Assembly: GCA_965224705.1 (NCBI GenBank)
Contig: OZ245056.1
Location: forward strand, 2,080,001 to 2,144,000
Reading direction: 5' to 3'
From: Spirochaetaceae bacterium
GTDB lineage: Bacteria > Spirochaetota > Spirochaetia > DSM-2461
Length of the DNA stretch: 64,000 bases
Position 1 is the first letter of the stretch. Each line of letters opens with the position of its first letter. Below the pieces are notes generated by a model. The model was not told the origin of the DNA. It did not search any database and was given only the letters and a program-made list of their open reading frames with translations. A program made the position numbers and the translations under genes. This document shows positions 37,656 to 46,221 of this stretch, piece by piece.

Positions 37656-37717
37656 ACTTTCCCTATCCCTTTCATGCCGATATAATAGGCATAACCTCTA
37701 TTAGAGGGCGTGTAGAT

Positions 37718-37760
37718 AATGTAACAACACAAGCATTTATTGTCAATGAGTTTGTTGTTA
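37718..37760 (-). promoter_or_regulatory. Early leftward promoter 1 with operator-like inverted repeat
   Basis: Minus strand TTGACA-N17-TACATT; flanking TAACAACA...TGTTGTTA. Confidence 0.7.
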
Positions 37761-37780
37761 TTTTTTGGAGTTTATTGGCT

Positions 37781-38461
37781 TTGAATAGTTATTTATCTAG
37801 AATAAAAAGAATTATCGAAGAAAAAAAAATTACTGAAACTGCATTTGCCAAGGCTATCGGATCACATCAAGCAACAATTAATGCAATGTTTCAGCGTGGT
37901 ACAAACCCTCGTTCAGACTTATTAGAAGCGATATCAAAGACATTTACAGTTTCAGAGAAATGGCTCTTAACCGGCGAAGGCCCCATGTACCAGGACGAGC
38001 CGGGCTTCCCAAAGCCGCAGAGCATCCAGCATCTCAACGGGCATATAACGGACAACCCTGATGAGGAGGGGGCCTTTGTGGTGCCGATGCTGGAGCAGTC
38101 TGTTTCGGCAGGGAAGGGGAGCCATCTGGAGGATGATGATAACATCGCCGGATATGTTGCCCTGCCGCCGGCCATCACGGCTCATGGAGCTGCACTGGCG
38201 GCTCTCCCTGTTCGGGGTGATTCAATGTATCCGACAATTGATAATGGTGATATGGTGGTATGCGACGGGGGCGGTTATGATGGGGAAGGTATCTACGTCC
38301 TTCGCATGGATGGGGAAGCTCTCGTAAAGCGGCTGGCTAAGCGGCCCGGCGGTGTTATGGTTATCTCAGACAACGGCAGCTACCCGGATTTCGAGGTGTC
38401 CAGGGATACTCCGCTTGATGTTATTGGAAGGATTCGGGCGGTTGTGAAGGTGGTGAAGTGA
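37781..38461 (+). CDS. CI/LexA-type repressor, copy 1 (HTH variant A plus S24 peptidase)
   Basis: TTG start after GGAG; HTH, WLLTGEG, SAG cleavage site, GDSM and VKRL catalytic motifs. Confidence 0.92.
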   Translation: MNSYLSRIKRIIEEKKITETAFAKAIGSHQATINAMFQRGTNPRSDLLEAISKTFTVSEKWLLTGEGPMYQDEPGFPKPQSIQHLNGHITDNPDEEGAFVVPMLEQSVSAGKGSHLEDDDNIAGYVALPPAITAHGAALAALPVRGDSMYPTIDNGDMVVCDGGGYDGEGIYVLRMDGEALVKRLAKRPGGVMVISDNGSYPDFEVSRDTPLDVIGRIRAVVKVVK

Positions 38462-38574
38462 TATGAAATAGAAAAGATTCTGAGGTGATGGATGAGAGAA
38501 AATAGATTGAGCTATAGAATTCTATTGCTGCAGCTCATATAAACAATGGGCAGCTAAGCTGCGAGGAAGGAGAA

Positions 38575-38832
38575 ATGGAAAAAAGAAATTCGGGAGTAGA
38601 TCAGGAAATAGTAGAAGAAATCTCAAAATGCAAAACAAGGGAAGCACTACACTCTGTCTTTGAGGTACGCGGCCTTAATGATGTTAGGGAGAAAAGACTT
38701 TATCTCAAGGCCTGCACTGGTGAGATCGCAACATATTATGAAGATGGCTCTGATGATTTGACTGATGATCAACGATACCTTGATGATGAGTTTATGTTTC
38801 TAGACGGAACCTGGAGAGCACTTTCTCAATGA
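38575..38832 (+). CDS. Small acidic hypothetical protein, copy 1
   Basis: RBS AAGGAG; ATGA-coupled to the metallopeptidase gene. Confidence 0.75.
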   Translation: MEKRNSGVDQEIVEEISKCKTREALHSVFEVRGLNDVREKRLYLKACTGEIATYYEDGSDDLTDDQRYLDDEFMFLDGTWRALSQ

Positions 38833-39398
38833 GTTATGATAAGATACGTAAATCTATCAATGAAATTATAGCTGGTAAACATAGTGGCAAAGATCTTTCA
38901 GCGGATCAGATCAAGAACTTCATTAATGCATTTAAATCACTACTCGCTCCAGCATTAAAAGATTCAATATTTGCACACTATAAACATGCCATAGAATATC
39001 TCGTTCGGGAACATGAACAAACTCAAAGACCTATTTTGTATACAGAAGGACACATCCCATCTTCTAAGAGAGCTATTGCCAAATATTTGCGAGGCGGATA
39101 TGTAATAGCGACAAGTAAGGATTTAGATGTCAGAGAAAGACGTATTCAGCTTGGCCATGAACTGGGGCACATTCTTATAAATAATATCAACAACACCATC
39201 TACAAGACTGAAAATCTTTCTGGTTTTCCTGACAATAAATCAAGAGAATTCATGGCAAGTCTTATAAGTTTGTCAATGCATATAACCCAGAGTGACTTTT
39301 ACAAAGGAGAAACGTGTAAGAAATATCAGTATGATGAAACTCAACTATCAGAGCTTGCTGAGGAAATTATAGGTCTGGCCAGATCGGTTTTGAAGTGA
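38829..39398 (+). CDS. ImmA/IrrE-like Zn metallopeptidase, copy 1
   Basis: RERRIQLGHELGH (HExxH) plus downstream EFMA. Confidence 0.78.
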   Translation: MSYDKIRKSINEIIAGKHSGKDLSADQIKNFINAFKSLLAPALKDSIFAHYKHAIEYLVREHEQTQRPILYTEGHIPSSKRAIAKYLRGGYVIATSKDLDVRERRIQLGHELGHILINNINNTIYKTENLSGFPDNKSREFMASLISLSMHITQSDFYKGETCKKYQYDETQLSELAEEIIGLARSVLK

Positions 39399-39750
39399 GT
39401 AAATCAGGATTCTCGTTTCTCTCTATTGCTTACTCCTTAGAAAATCCCGCCTGAGACTTAAATGGCTCAGACGGGGCGGAAATTTCATTTTGAGACGGCC
39501 ATCTCTAACTCTTTGTCCTCATAACTATTTTTATACCCCCGCCATTTAGGGGGTTTCAGGGCTATTCCATTTTTTTCATACCTCGGTCGCGTACCCTGAC
39601 TCTCGGGACCGCATTTACCCTGCCTCCTACTCACAACCCCTTTCCGGTACCCATACTCGTCGTACGCCCGAGTATGGCCCGGCCATCGGCGCTTTCTATC
39701 AGGCAGGGGGTTAACAGACACCTTTAAGGCTGCCTGTTTTTCTTGCTTCT

Positions 39751-40272
39751 CTAATCTCCTCCTTCTTTTCCTTTAATGAACGCAACCCAGATTGTCGTGC
39801 GTGTCGTCTTATGGCCGAACAAAGGGGATTCAGGGGTCAGTTTCAGGATCTGTGACACGGGAATTTCCTTTGTGGACCATTTTAGAATTAACACACCGTA
39901 TGGTTTTAAGACGCGGAAACACTCGGCAAAGCCGCGTGTCAGAACAGTGCGCCAGTTATCGCCCAGAGTGCCGTACTTCCTGGCTGTCCAGCCGTTTATT
40001 CCATTTCGGCGGTGATAATGCGGGGGGTCAAACACAACAAGCCGGAAGGTTTCATCTGTGAACGGAAGTTCTGTGAAATCGCCAGCGATATCCGGGTCGA
40101 TTAACAGTTCGCGAAAGCCGTCTTTGCTGCTCCTGTCCTTGAGGGTGCATCGCTCTCTCCGCTTATCCAGGAAGATTGCCCTTTCATCTGTTTTGTTGAA
40201 CCAGAACATTCTTGATCCGCAGCAGGTATCGAGTACTGGCGGAAGAACGCTGGGCAATCTGTCCTTTTTCAT
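39751..40272 (-). CDS. Phage SAM-dependent methyltransferase, copy 2
   Basis: Identical to copy 1. Confidence 0.85.
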   Translation of the reverse strand: MKKDRLPSVLPPVLDTCCGSRMFWFNKTDERAIFLDKRRERCTLKDRSSKDGFRELLIDPDIAGDFTELPFTDETFRLVVFDPPHYHRRNGINGWTARKYGTLGDNWRTVLTRGFAECFRVLKPYGVLILKWSTKEIPVSQILKLTPESPLFGHKTTRTTIWVAFIKGKEGGD

Positions 40273-40334
40273 ACTTTCCCTATCCCTTTCATGCCGATAT
40301 AATAGGCATAACCTCTATTAGAGGGCGTGTAATC

Positions 40335-40375
40335 AATATAAAAGCATTTGCTTTAATTGTCAACGCTTTTGCTTT
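40335..40375 (-). promoter_or_regulatory. Early leftward promoter 2 with two 14-bp operator-like palindromes
   Basis: Minus strand TTGACA-N17-TATATT; AAAGCATTTGCTTT (40341-40354) and AACGCTTTTGCTTT (40362-40375), 21 bp apart. Confidence 0.75.
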
Positions 40376-40397
40376 GTTTTTTTCGGAGATCAGTTCT

Positions 40398-41078
40398 TTG
40401 AACGAATATTTATTTAGACTAAAAAAAGTTATGGACGAAAAAAATTTTTCCGAAACAGCATTTGCTCGTGCTATTGGGTCAAGCCAAGGGTCTATCAACT
40501 CCATGTTTAGGCGAGATACAGTTCCCAAAGTTGACTTTTTGAAAGATATAGCGGGCAGATTTACGGTGAACCTGAACTGGCTTTTAACCGGCGAAGGCCC
40601 TATGTATCAGGACGAGCCGGGCTTCCCAAAGCCGCAGAGCATCCAGCATCTCAACGGGCATATAACGGACAACCCTGATGAGGAGGGGGCCTTTGTGGTG
40701 CCGATGCTGGAGCAGTCTGTTTCGGCAGGGAAGGGGAGCCATCTGGAGGATGATGATAACATCGCCGGATATGTTGCCCTGCCGCCGGCCATCACGGCTC
40801 ATGGAGCTGCACTGGCGGCTCTCCCTGTTCGGGGTGATTCAATGTATCCGACAATTGATAATGGTGATATGGTGGTATGCGACGGGGGCGGTTATGATGG
40901 GGAAGGTATCTACGTCCTTCGCATGGATGGGGAAGCTCTCGTAAAGCGGCTGGCTAAGCGGCCCGGCGGTGTTATGGTTATCTCAGACAACGGCAGCTAC
41001 CCGGATTTCGAGGTGTCCAGGGATACTCCGCTTGATGTTATTGGAAGGATTCGGGCGGTTGTGAAGGTGGTGAAGTGA
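40398..41078 (+). CDS. CI/LexA-type repressor, copy 2 (HTH variant B plus identical S24 peptidase)
   Basis: Same length as copy 1; only the first 60 aa differ. Confidence 0.92.
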   Translation: MNEYLFRLKKVMDEKNFSETAFARAIGSSQGSINSMFRRDTVPKVDFLKDIAGRFTVNLNWLLTGEGPMYQDEPGFPKPQSIQHLNGHITDNPDEEGAFVVPMLEQSVSAGKGSHLEDDDNIAGYVALPPAITAHGAALAALPVRGDSMYPTIDNGDMVVCDGGGYDGEGIYVLRMDGEALVKRLAKRPGGVMVISDNGSYPDFEVSRDTPLDVIGRIRAVVKVVK

Positions 41079-41191
41079 TATGAAATAGAAAAGATTCTGA
41101 GGTGATGGATGAGAGAAAATAGATTGAGCTATAGAATTCTATTGCTGCAGCTCATATAAACAATGGGCAGCTAAGCTGCGAGGAAGGAGAA

Positions 41192-41449
41192 ATGGAAAAA
41201 AGAAATTCGGGAGTAGATCAGGAAATAGTAGAAGAAATCTCAAAATGCAAAACAAGGGAAGCACTACACTCTGTCTTTGAGGTACGCGGCCTTAATGATG
41301 TTAGGGAGAAAAGACTTTATCTCAAGGCCTGCACTGGTGAGATCGCAACATATTATGAAGATGGCTCTGATGATTTGACTGATGATCAACGATACCTTGA
41401 TGATGAGTTTATGTTTCTAGACGGAACCTGGAGAGCACTTTCTCAATGA
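41192..41449 (+). CDS. Small acidic hypothetical protein, copy 2
   Basis: Identical to 38575-38832. Confidence 0.75.
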   Translation: MEKRNSGVDQEIVEEISKCKTREALHSVFEVRGLNDVREKRLYLKACTGEIATYYEDGSDDLTDDQRYLDDEFMFLDGTWRALSQ

Positions 41450-42015
41450 GTTATGATAAGATACGTAAATCTATCAATGAAATTATAGCTGGTAAACATA
41501 GTGGCAAAGATCTTTCAGCGGATCAGATCAAGAACTTCATTAATGCATTTAAATCACTACTCGCTCCAGCATTAAAAGATTCAATATTTGCACACTATAA
41601 ACATGCCATAGAATATCTCGTTCGGGAACATGAACAAACTCAAAGACCTATTTTGTATACAGAAGGACACATCCCATCTTCTAAGAGAGCTATTGCCAAA
41701 TATTTGCGAGGCGGATATGTAATAGCGACAAGTAAGGATTTAGATGTCAGAGAAAGACGTATTCAGCTTGGCCATGAACTGGGGCACATTCTTATAAATA
41801 ATATCAACAACACCATCTACAAGACTGAAAATCTTTCTGGTTTTCCTGACAATAAATCAAGAGAATTCATGGCAAGTCTTATAAGTTTGTCAATGCATAT
41901 AACCCAGAGTGACTTTTACAAAGGAGAAACGTGTAAGAAATATCAGTATGATGAAACTCAACTATCAGAGCTTGCTGAGGAAATTATAGGTCTGGCCAGA
42001 TCGGTTTTGAAGTGA
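41446..42015 (+). CDS. ImmA/IrrE-like Zn metallopeptidase, copy 2
   Basis: Identical to 38829-39398. Confidence 0.78.
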   Translation: MSYDKIRKSINEIIAGKHSGKDLSADQIKNFINAFKSLLAPALKDSIFAHYKHAIEYLVREHEQTQRPILYTEGHIPSSKRAIAKYLRGGYVIATSKDLDVRERRIQLGHELGHILINNINNTIYKTENLSGFPDNKSREFMASLISLSMHITQSDFYKGETCKKYQYDETQLSELAEEIIGLARSVLK

Positions 42016-42484
42016 GTAAATCAGGATTCTCGTTTCTCTCTATTGCTTACTCCTTAGAAAATCCCGCCTGAGACTTAAATGGCTCAGACGGGGCGGAAAT
42101 TTCATTTTGAGACGGCCATCTCTAACTCTTTGTCCTCATAACTATTTTTATACCCCCGCCATTTAGGGGGTTTCAGGGCTATTCCATTTTTTTCATACCT
42201 CGGTCGCGTGCCTTGACTCTCGGGACCGCATTTACACTGTCTCCTACTCACGCCTTTCCCGGCACCCATACCCGTCGCGCGTCCGTGTATGCTCCGGTCA
42301 TCGGGCTTTCTATCAGACAGGGGTTAACAGACAGCCTTAAAGGTGTCTGTTTTTCTTGCTTCTCCAACTTCCTCTATGCCGATATAATGGATATAGACTA
42401 TGCTGGAAGAACATGTAAGTAAGTTAACTCAATATCGGGGATTTGTCAACCCGGTTCTTTATTTTTTTTCGGGAATCAATCCCT

Positions 42485-42693
42485 TTGAGCGAATATGTAT
42501 TTAGATTAAAACAAATTATAAACGGAAAATCAGTGGGCAACATCCGCATGGGTAGGGAAGCTTTCATAAAGCGGCCTGACGAAGTCATAGTATTTTCGAT
42601 AATATCAGGTATCCGACCGACGAAGTATCCAAGGAAGTCCCTCTTGATGTCGTTGGCCGGGTCAGGGCGGTTGTGAAGGTGATGAAGGGGTAA
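42485..42693 (+). pseudogene. Third, internally deleted and frameshifted CI repressor
   Basis: MSEYVFRLKQIINGK matches the CI N-terminus; IRMGREAFIKR and DNIRYPTDEVSKEVPLDVVGRVRAVVKVMKG* match the CI C-terminus. Confidence 0.85.
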
Positions 42694-42769
42694 AAGTAAA
42701 AGTGATTAAGAATTTTGTTCATTCGATGAGCTATAATGAGTTGCATAAATCTATCAAAGAGGAAGAATT

Positions 42770-43213
42770 ATGAATACTATTGGTATCGGTAAAGTTGTAG
42801 TGGATAATACCAAACCTGGTTGGAATTATCCCCATTTTCATGTAATTCTTTTCAAGGAGAACGGAGATAACTCTTTTTACGCATATTGTATGGAACTCGG
42901 CATTGATGCTTTTTCGGAAGACTCTGCAAAAGCAGCCTTTTCTGAAATTGCGGCCAATGTATTAGATGACATCAACCAGTATGCCAATGAAGATTCTCTC
43001 TTCAAATGTCTCCTGGATATCGCCCGGAGTGATCATAATGATGTTTTCTGGAAAGAGTATCGGATTGCAGAAACAGAGCTTGCACAATATGGCGAAGACC
43101 TTGGAATTCATTTTGAAAGGAACGGCAGGGCAGCCGTGACTAATCAGGGTTTCCTAAGTATTAAACCAACTCCTCCGCCAATTGAGCAACAGCATGACGC
43201 TGCTCATCAGTGA
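42770..43213 (+). CDS. Hypothetical protein, HicB-like N-terminal fold
   Basis: HVILFKE..FYAYCMELGI..SAKAA pattern; RBS GAGGA. Confidence 0.55.
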   Translation: MNTIGIGKVVVDNTKPGWNYPHFHVILFKENGDNSFYAYCMELGIDAFSEDSAKAAFSEIAANVLDDINQYANEDSLFKCLLDIARSDHNDVFWKEYRIAETELAQYGEDLGIHFERNGRAAVTNQGFLSIKPTPPPIEQQHDAAHQ

Positions 43214-44327
43214 TCGCTGTATAATGCTCTGTCATATCCACTGACGAATGCCCTGTGAGTCTACGCAGCGCGTGATCAGCCACTCGGCCTCTCAGCATTG
43301 AATTATACCAATGCCGCCAGGCGTGAAAAGAAAGTCCTCGTTTTTTTATTTCATCAGGGGCTATGCCGACTGTTTCAAGCATGTGTTTATAGGTATTCGA
43401 GATACTGCGTTTCCCAATTGGCTTGTCAGGCGACGAACCCCAGAAGACGAAGTCTCCCCGCCATGGATTCACTGAGGCCAGCTGGTGTAAGGCTTCAACC
43501 GTTCTCGACGGAACGGGGACAATTCTGGGCTTGTTCCCCTTGGGAAGTTTCAGGCCCTCCCCATCCTGCCAGTTGCGCTTTACATCTATCCAGTCATCAT
43601 GAACACAATCAACTTTCAATCCTCGGCATTCGCCGAGTCTCATTCCTGTTGTCGCGGCCAGGAGGTTTATCGCCTTCTGCCGGGGATCGGTCCATTCCTG
43701 CCCAAAAAATGCACGGACTTCCTCCGGGCGAAGTATCACCCTCTCCCGTCTAGTTACGGGAAGCCGTTTAATTCTCTTGGCGGGATTAACCGATATCAGC
43801 CCCAGCCTCTCCGCCTCATTTAAGGGTACAGTCACTGCCTGCATAATCGCGTTGACACGTCTGTTGGAGATCCCCAGGGTTGAGAGCCAATGGATTATTT
43901 CTTCCATTAGCATAGCGTTTACTTTCCGCAGCCGCAGCGATTCCAACTTCCTAGAACCAAGCCAGTCTACCACTTTGTGAACAGCGCTCCTATTTGCTTT
44001 TATATAGACAGCCGACATCGGCCGTCCCATGGAATGCCTGTTTTTGAGATGGTGCCCATCATCTGACCAGAAGCCGATAAGGTAATTGGAGAAAAGAGGA
44101 TTTTCATTTCCGGTATTGATTCCAAAGCGCTTATACCATTGTGCTGCAATGGCATCGGCTCCCGCCTTGCTTGCCGGCGAGAGATGCTCCGCGTCACGGC
44201 CCAGCTCATTGCGCATTGACCCCGCAGATCGCCAGCAGGAATAATCCTGTTTGGCCGCATCCCAGAAAGCCGCGTAATAGTTTTTGAAGCCCTTCCGCCT
44301 GTACAGTATAAAAGCTTTACGCATCAT
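43161..44327 (-). CDS. int: Tyrosine integrase
   Basis: TGMRLGE, HAWRH, LTGHSS..MTEHY catalytic residues; next to att; start moved to ATG 44327. Confidence 0.95.
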   Translation of the reverse strand: MMRKAFILYRRKGFKNYYAAFWDAAKQDYSCWRSAGSMRNELGRDAEHLSPASKAGADAIAAQWYKRFGINTGNENPLFSNYLIGFWSDDGHHLKNRHSMGRPMSAVYIKANRSAVHKVVDWLGSRKLESLRLRKVNAMLMEEIIHWLSTLGISNRRVNAIMQAVTVPLNEAERLGLISVNPAKRIKRLPVTRRERVILRPEEVRAFFGQEWTDPRQKAINLLAATTGMRLGECRGLKVDCVHDDWIDVKRNWQDGEGLKLPKGNKPRIVPVPSRTVEALHQLASVNPWRGDFVFWGSSPDKPIGKRSISNTYKHMLETVGIAPDEIKKRGLSFHAWRHWYNSMLRGRVADHALRRLTGHSSVDMTEHYTAITDEQRHAVAQLAEELV

Positions 44328-44345
44328 GAGAACTATAAGCTTGAT

Positions 44346-44373
44346 AGAAAAGCTAGTCAATAAACTAGTCAAT
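44346..44373. repeat. Putative integrase arm-type sites (2x CTAGTCAAT, 12-bp period)
   Basis: AGAAAAGCTAGTCA shared with 4032-4045. Confidence 0.65.
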
Positions 44374-44442
44374 ATGAAAGCCATAGATTTCATTGTGGTG
44401 TGTAGTTGTGATTAATTTCTTATTCCACAATGGGTTAAGGTA

Positions 44443-44526
44443 TGCCTGGAAGAGGACTCGAACCTCCACGAGCTTGCGCTCACTAGTCCCTGAAACTAGC
44501 GTGTCTACCAATTTCACCATCCAGGC
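44443..44526 (-). tRNA. tRNA-Leu(CAG), integration target
   Basis: GCCTGGATGGTGAAATTGGTAGACACGCTAGTTTCAGGGACTAGTGAGCGCAAGCTCGTGGAGGTTCGAGTCCTCTTCCAGGCA: cloverleaf, long variable arm, anticodon CAG. Confidence 0.97.
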
Positions 44527-44777
44527 AGGATGTGTATAGGCGAGAGTACCTTCTAGGTGGATGTATGTCAATTACTGCACAGGGTTTTCATGCAATCTTC
44601 TTTGTGATGGATTTCTGATCCCTCCCTGCTTATTCGTACTTTTAGGATTTCTCCATCCTTTTCCTCCCCCACCCACACATTCTGACAGGAGCCTGTAAAA
44701 TAACGGATACTCAATTTCTACCGGATCAGATGTCAGCTTTCAGATTCCGGTGCATTTTCTTGTGACCGCTATTCTAA

Positions 44778-45065
44778 GGAGTCTGTCGGACTTCCGCCTC
44801 ATGGCTCGATTTTTGCCCTTCTCTCCAGAAGCAAGCCTCCTGCTTGCTTCTGGAGAGCCGCCTTCGTTCGTTTTCGCCGCCATCCGTGGCGGCTTTTCCT
44901 CGCTATCGCTCGGCACTCTCTCAGGATGCGAGTCCATAGACTCGCATCCCCTGTTGCTGCGTTGCCAAAATACTCACGTAGCCCAGCTACGCTCCGTTTT
45001 TGTCGCCTTGCATCAGGAAAAAATCATCAAAAATCGCCTCGAAGCCTTAAAGTCCGACAGACTCC
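44778..45065. mobile_element. MITE-like element with TIR GGAGTCTGTCGGACTT, flanked by TAA
   Basis: Perfect terminal inverted repeats; related copies at 52956-53040 and 58877-59039. Confidence 0.8.
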
Positions 45066-45302
45066 TAAGGAGGCAGGGATCAGCATTGCTTTCTCTGCTG
45101 ACCTTTTCTTGCTCGAATCACAAATTCTTCCTTCATGTCCAGAGTATTTTCTCCTGCCATGTCACCGCAATCACCTCCACAGTGTTACCGTGTTCGGAAC
45201 CAGGACGAAGGTTTCAGAGGCATATTCCCGGGTTTCTAAAAGATGAGTAGTTGGCTGTTGAAAAGTATATTGATAGAATAAGGTTGAATCAAAGGAGAAA
45301 AA

Positions 45303-46115
45303 ATGAACAATCATTTCACAAGTATTATAGTATCTGTATTCATTTTGTTGACGTCATGCAAGTCTTCTCCTGTCCGTGTTGAGGATCTGGGCAGTTACAA
45401 TCCAGATAGAGTTTTTGAAATGGAACTCTCCGTATTAAACATTGACACCAATCTGGATTTGAAAAAAATTGATAACTATGAAGGAAACTGGGGCTTTTAC
45501 AGGAATGAAGAATCAATTAAGAAATTAAGAATTGCTCCTGGAATATACAGATTTGAAGTTTTGACCAGACTTGAGTCATCAATGCTGGATATCAATATCA
45601 GCATTGTGGTCAAAATAGAAAATGAAAAACACTACCGAATGATGAGCCGACAACAATCTATGATGATAAGTGTTGATGTTGTTGATGTTTATACGAATGA
45701 AAGCGTTGTTCTTGATCTGAAATCAATGCGGCAGGACCGTGATGATGCCCATGCCGTTTATTACAATTATGCGGTATATCCTACTGAAGACAAATTGGGC
45801 TATACAATTGAACTTGAAAACGAGGATTCGGTCATTGCATTCAAACCCGACATGGTTTTTACCATGAGCAGCAAGAATTCAAGTGAAAGCATTTCGGGAA
45901 GATTTCTATTCAAATCCGGAAAAGTATATCTCTATGAAACCGATTTGAATTCTTTCAGCAATGAGGATTTCAAGAACAGCAATCATGCAGGAATCGCTCA
46001 GATAATCTATGAACCAGTATTATGTAATGGAGAATCAGTACGATTGAAGTATGAGAAGCCAATGGAAAAAAGGGACAGCGAGGAAGATTTTTTTATTGTA
46101 GAGATTGTTGATTGA
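45303..46115 (+). CDS. Hypothetical lipoprotein
   Basis: Lipobox LLTSC; RBS AAGGAG. Confidence 0.75.
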   Translation: MNNHFTSIIVSVFILLTSCKSSPVRVEDLGSYNPDRVFEMELSVLNIDTNLDLKKIDNYEGNWGFYRNEESIKKLRIAPGIYRFEVLTRLESSMLDINISIVVKIENEKHYRMMSRQQSMMISVDVVDVYTNESVVLDLKSMRQDRDDAHAVYYNYAVYPTEDKLGYTIELENEDSVIAFKPDMVFTMSSKNSSESISGRFLFKSGKVYLYETDLNSFSNEDFKNSNHAGIAQIIYEPVLCNGESVRLKYEKPMEKRDSEEDFFIVEIVD

Positions 46116-46221
46116 TTATCTGCAGGTCAATTAGAGGTGGTAAGCTTGATGGGTTCACCTTCCCGCTGGCATCCCATCCACTTCCAGTATTTCTCAATGC
46201 TTTTGACAAATTCTCCTCTGA

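Larger units (their letters stand above)
36915..42209. repeat. Tandem duplication with 2617-bp period (36915-39592 vs 39532-42209), identical except 37715-37990 / 40332-40607
   Basis: Duplicated ORF sets at +2617 offset; direct sequence comparison. Confidence 0.95.
3883..44498 (-). mobile_element. Apparently complete temperate siphovirus-type prophage (~40.6 kb) integrated in tRNA-Leu(CAG)
   Basis: 57-bp att duplication; integrase next to the tRNA; immunity, replication, packaging, head, long non-contractile tail and lysis modules. Confidence 0.96.

Noticed and set aside
37595..37780. 62-aa N-terminal extension of the CI ORFs in the ORF track (also 40212-40397)
   Set aside because: Overlaps the divergent MTase start and promoter; the TTG with a GGAG RBS at 37781/40398 gives a normal HTH start also seen in the relic copy.
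44750..45250. 166-aa and 106-aa ORFs; also 58703-59057
   Set aside because: Translations of the MITE sequence.
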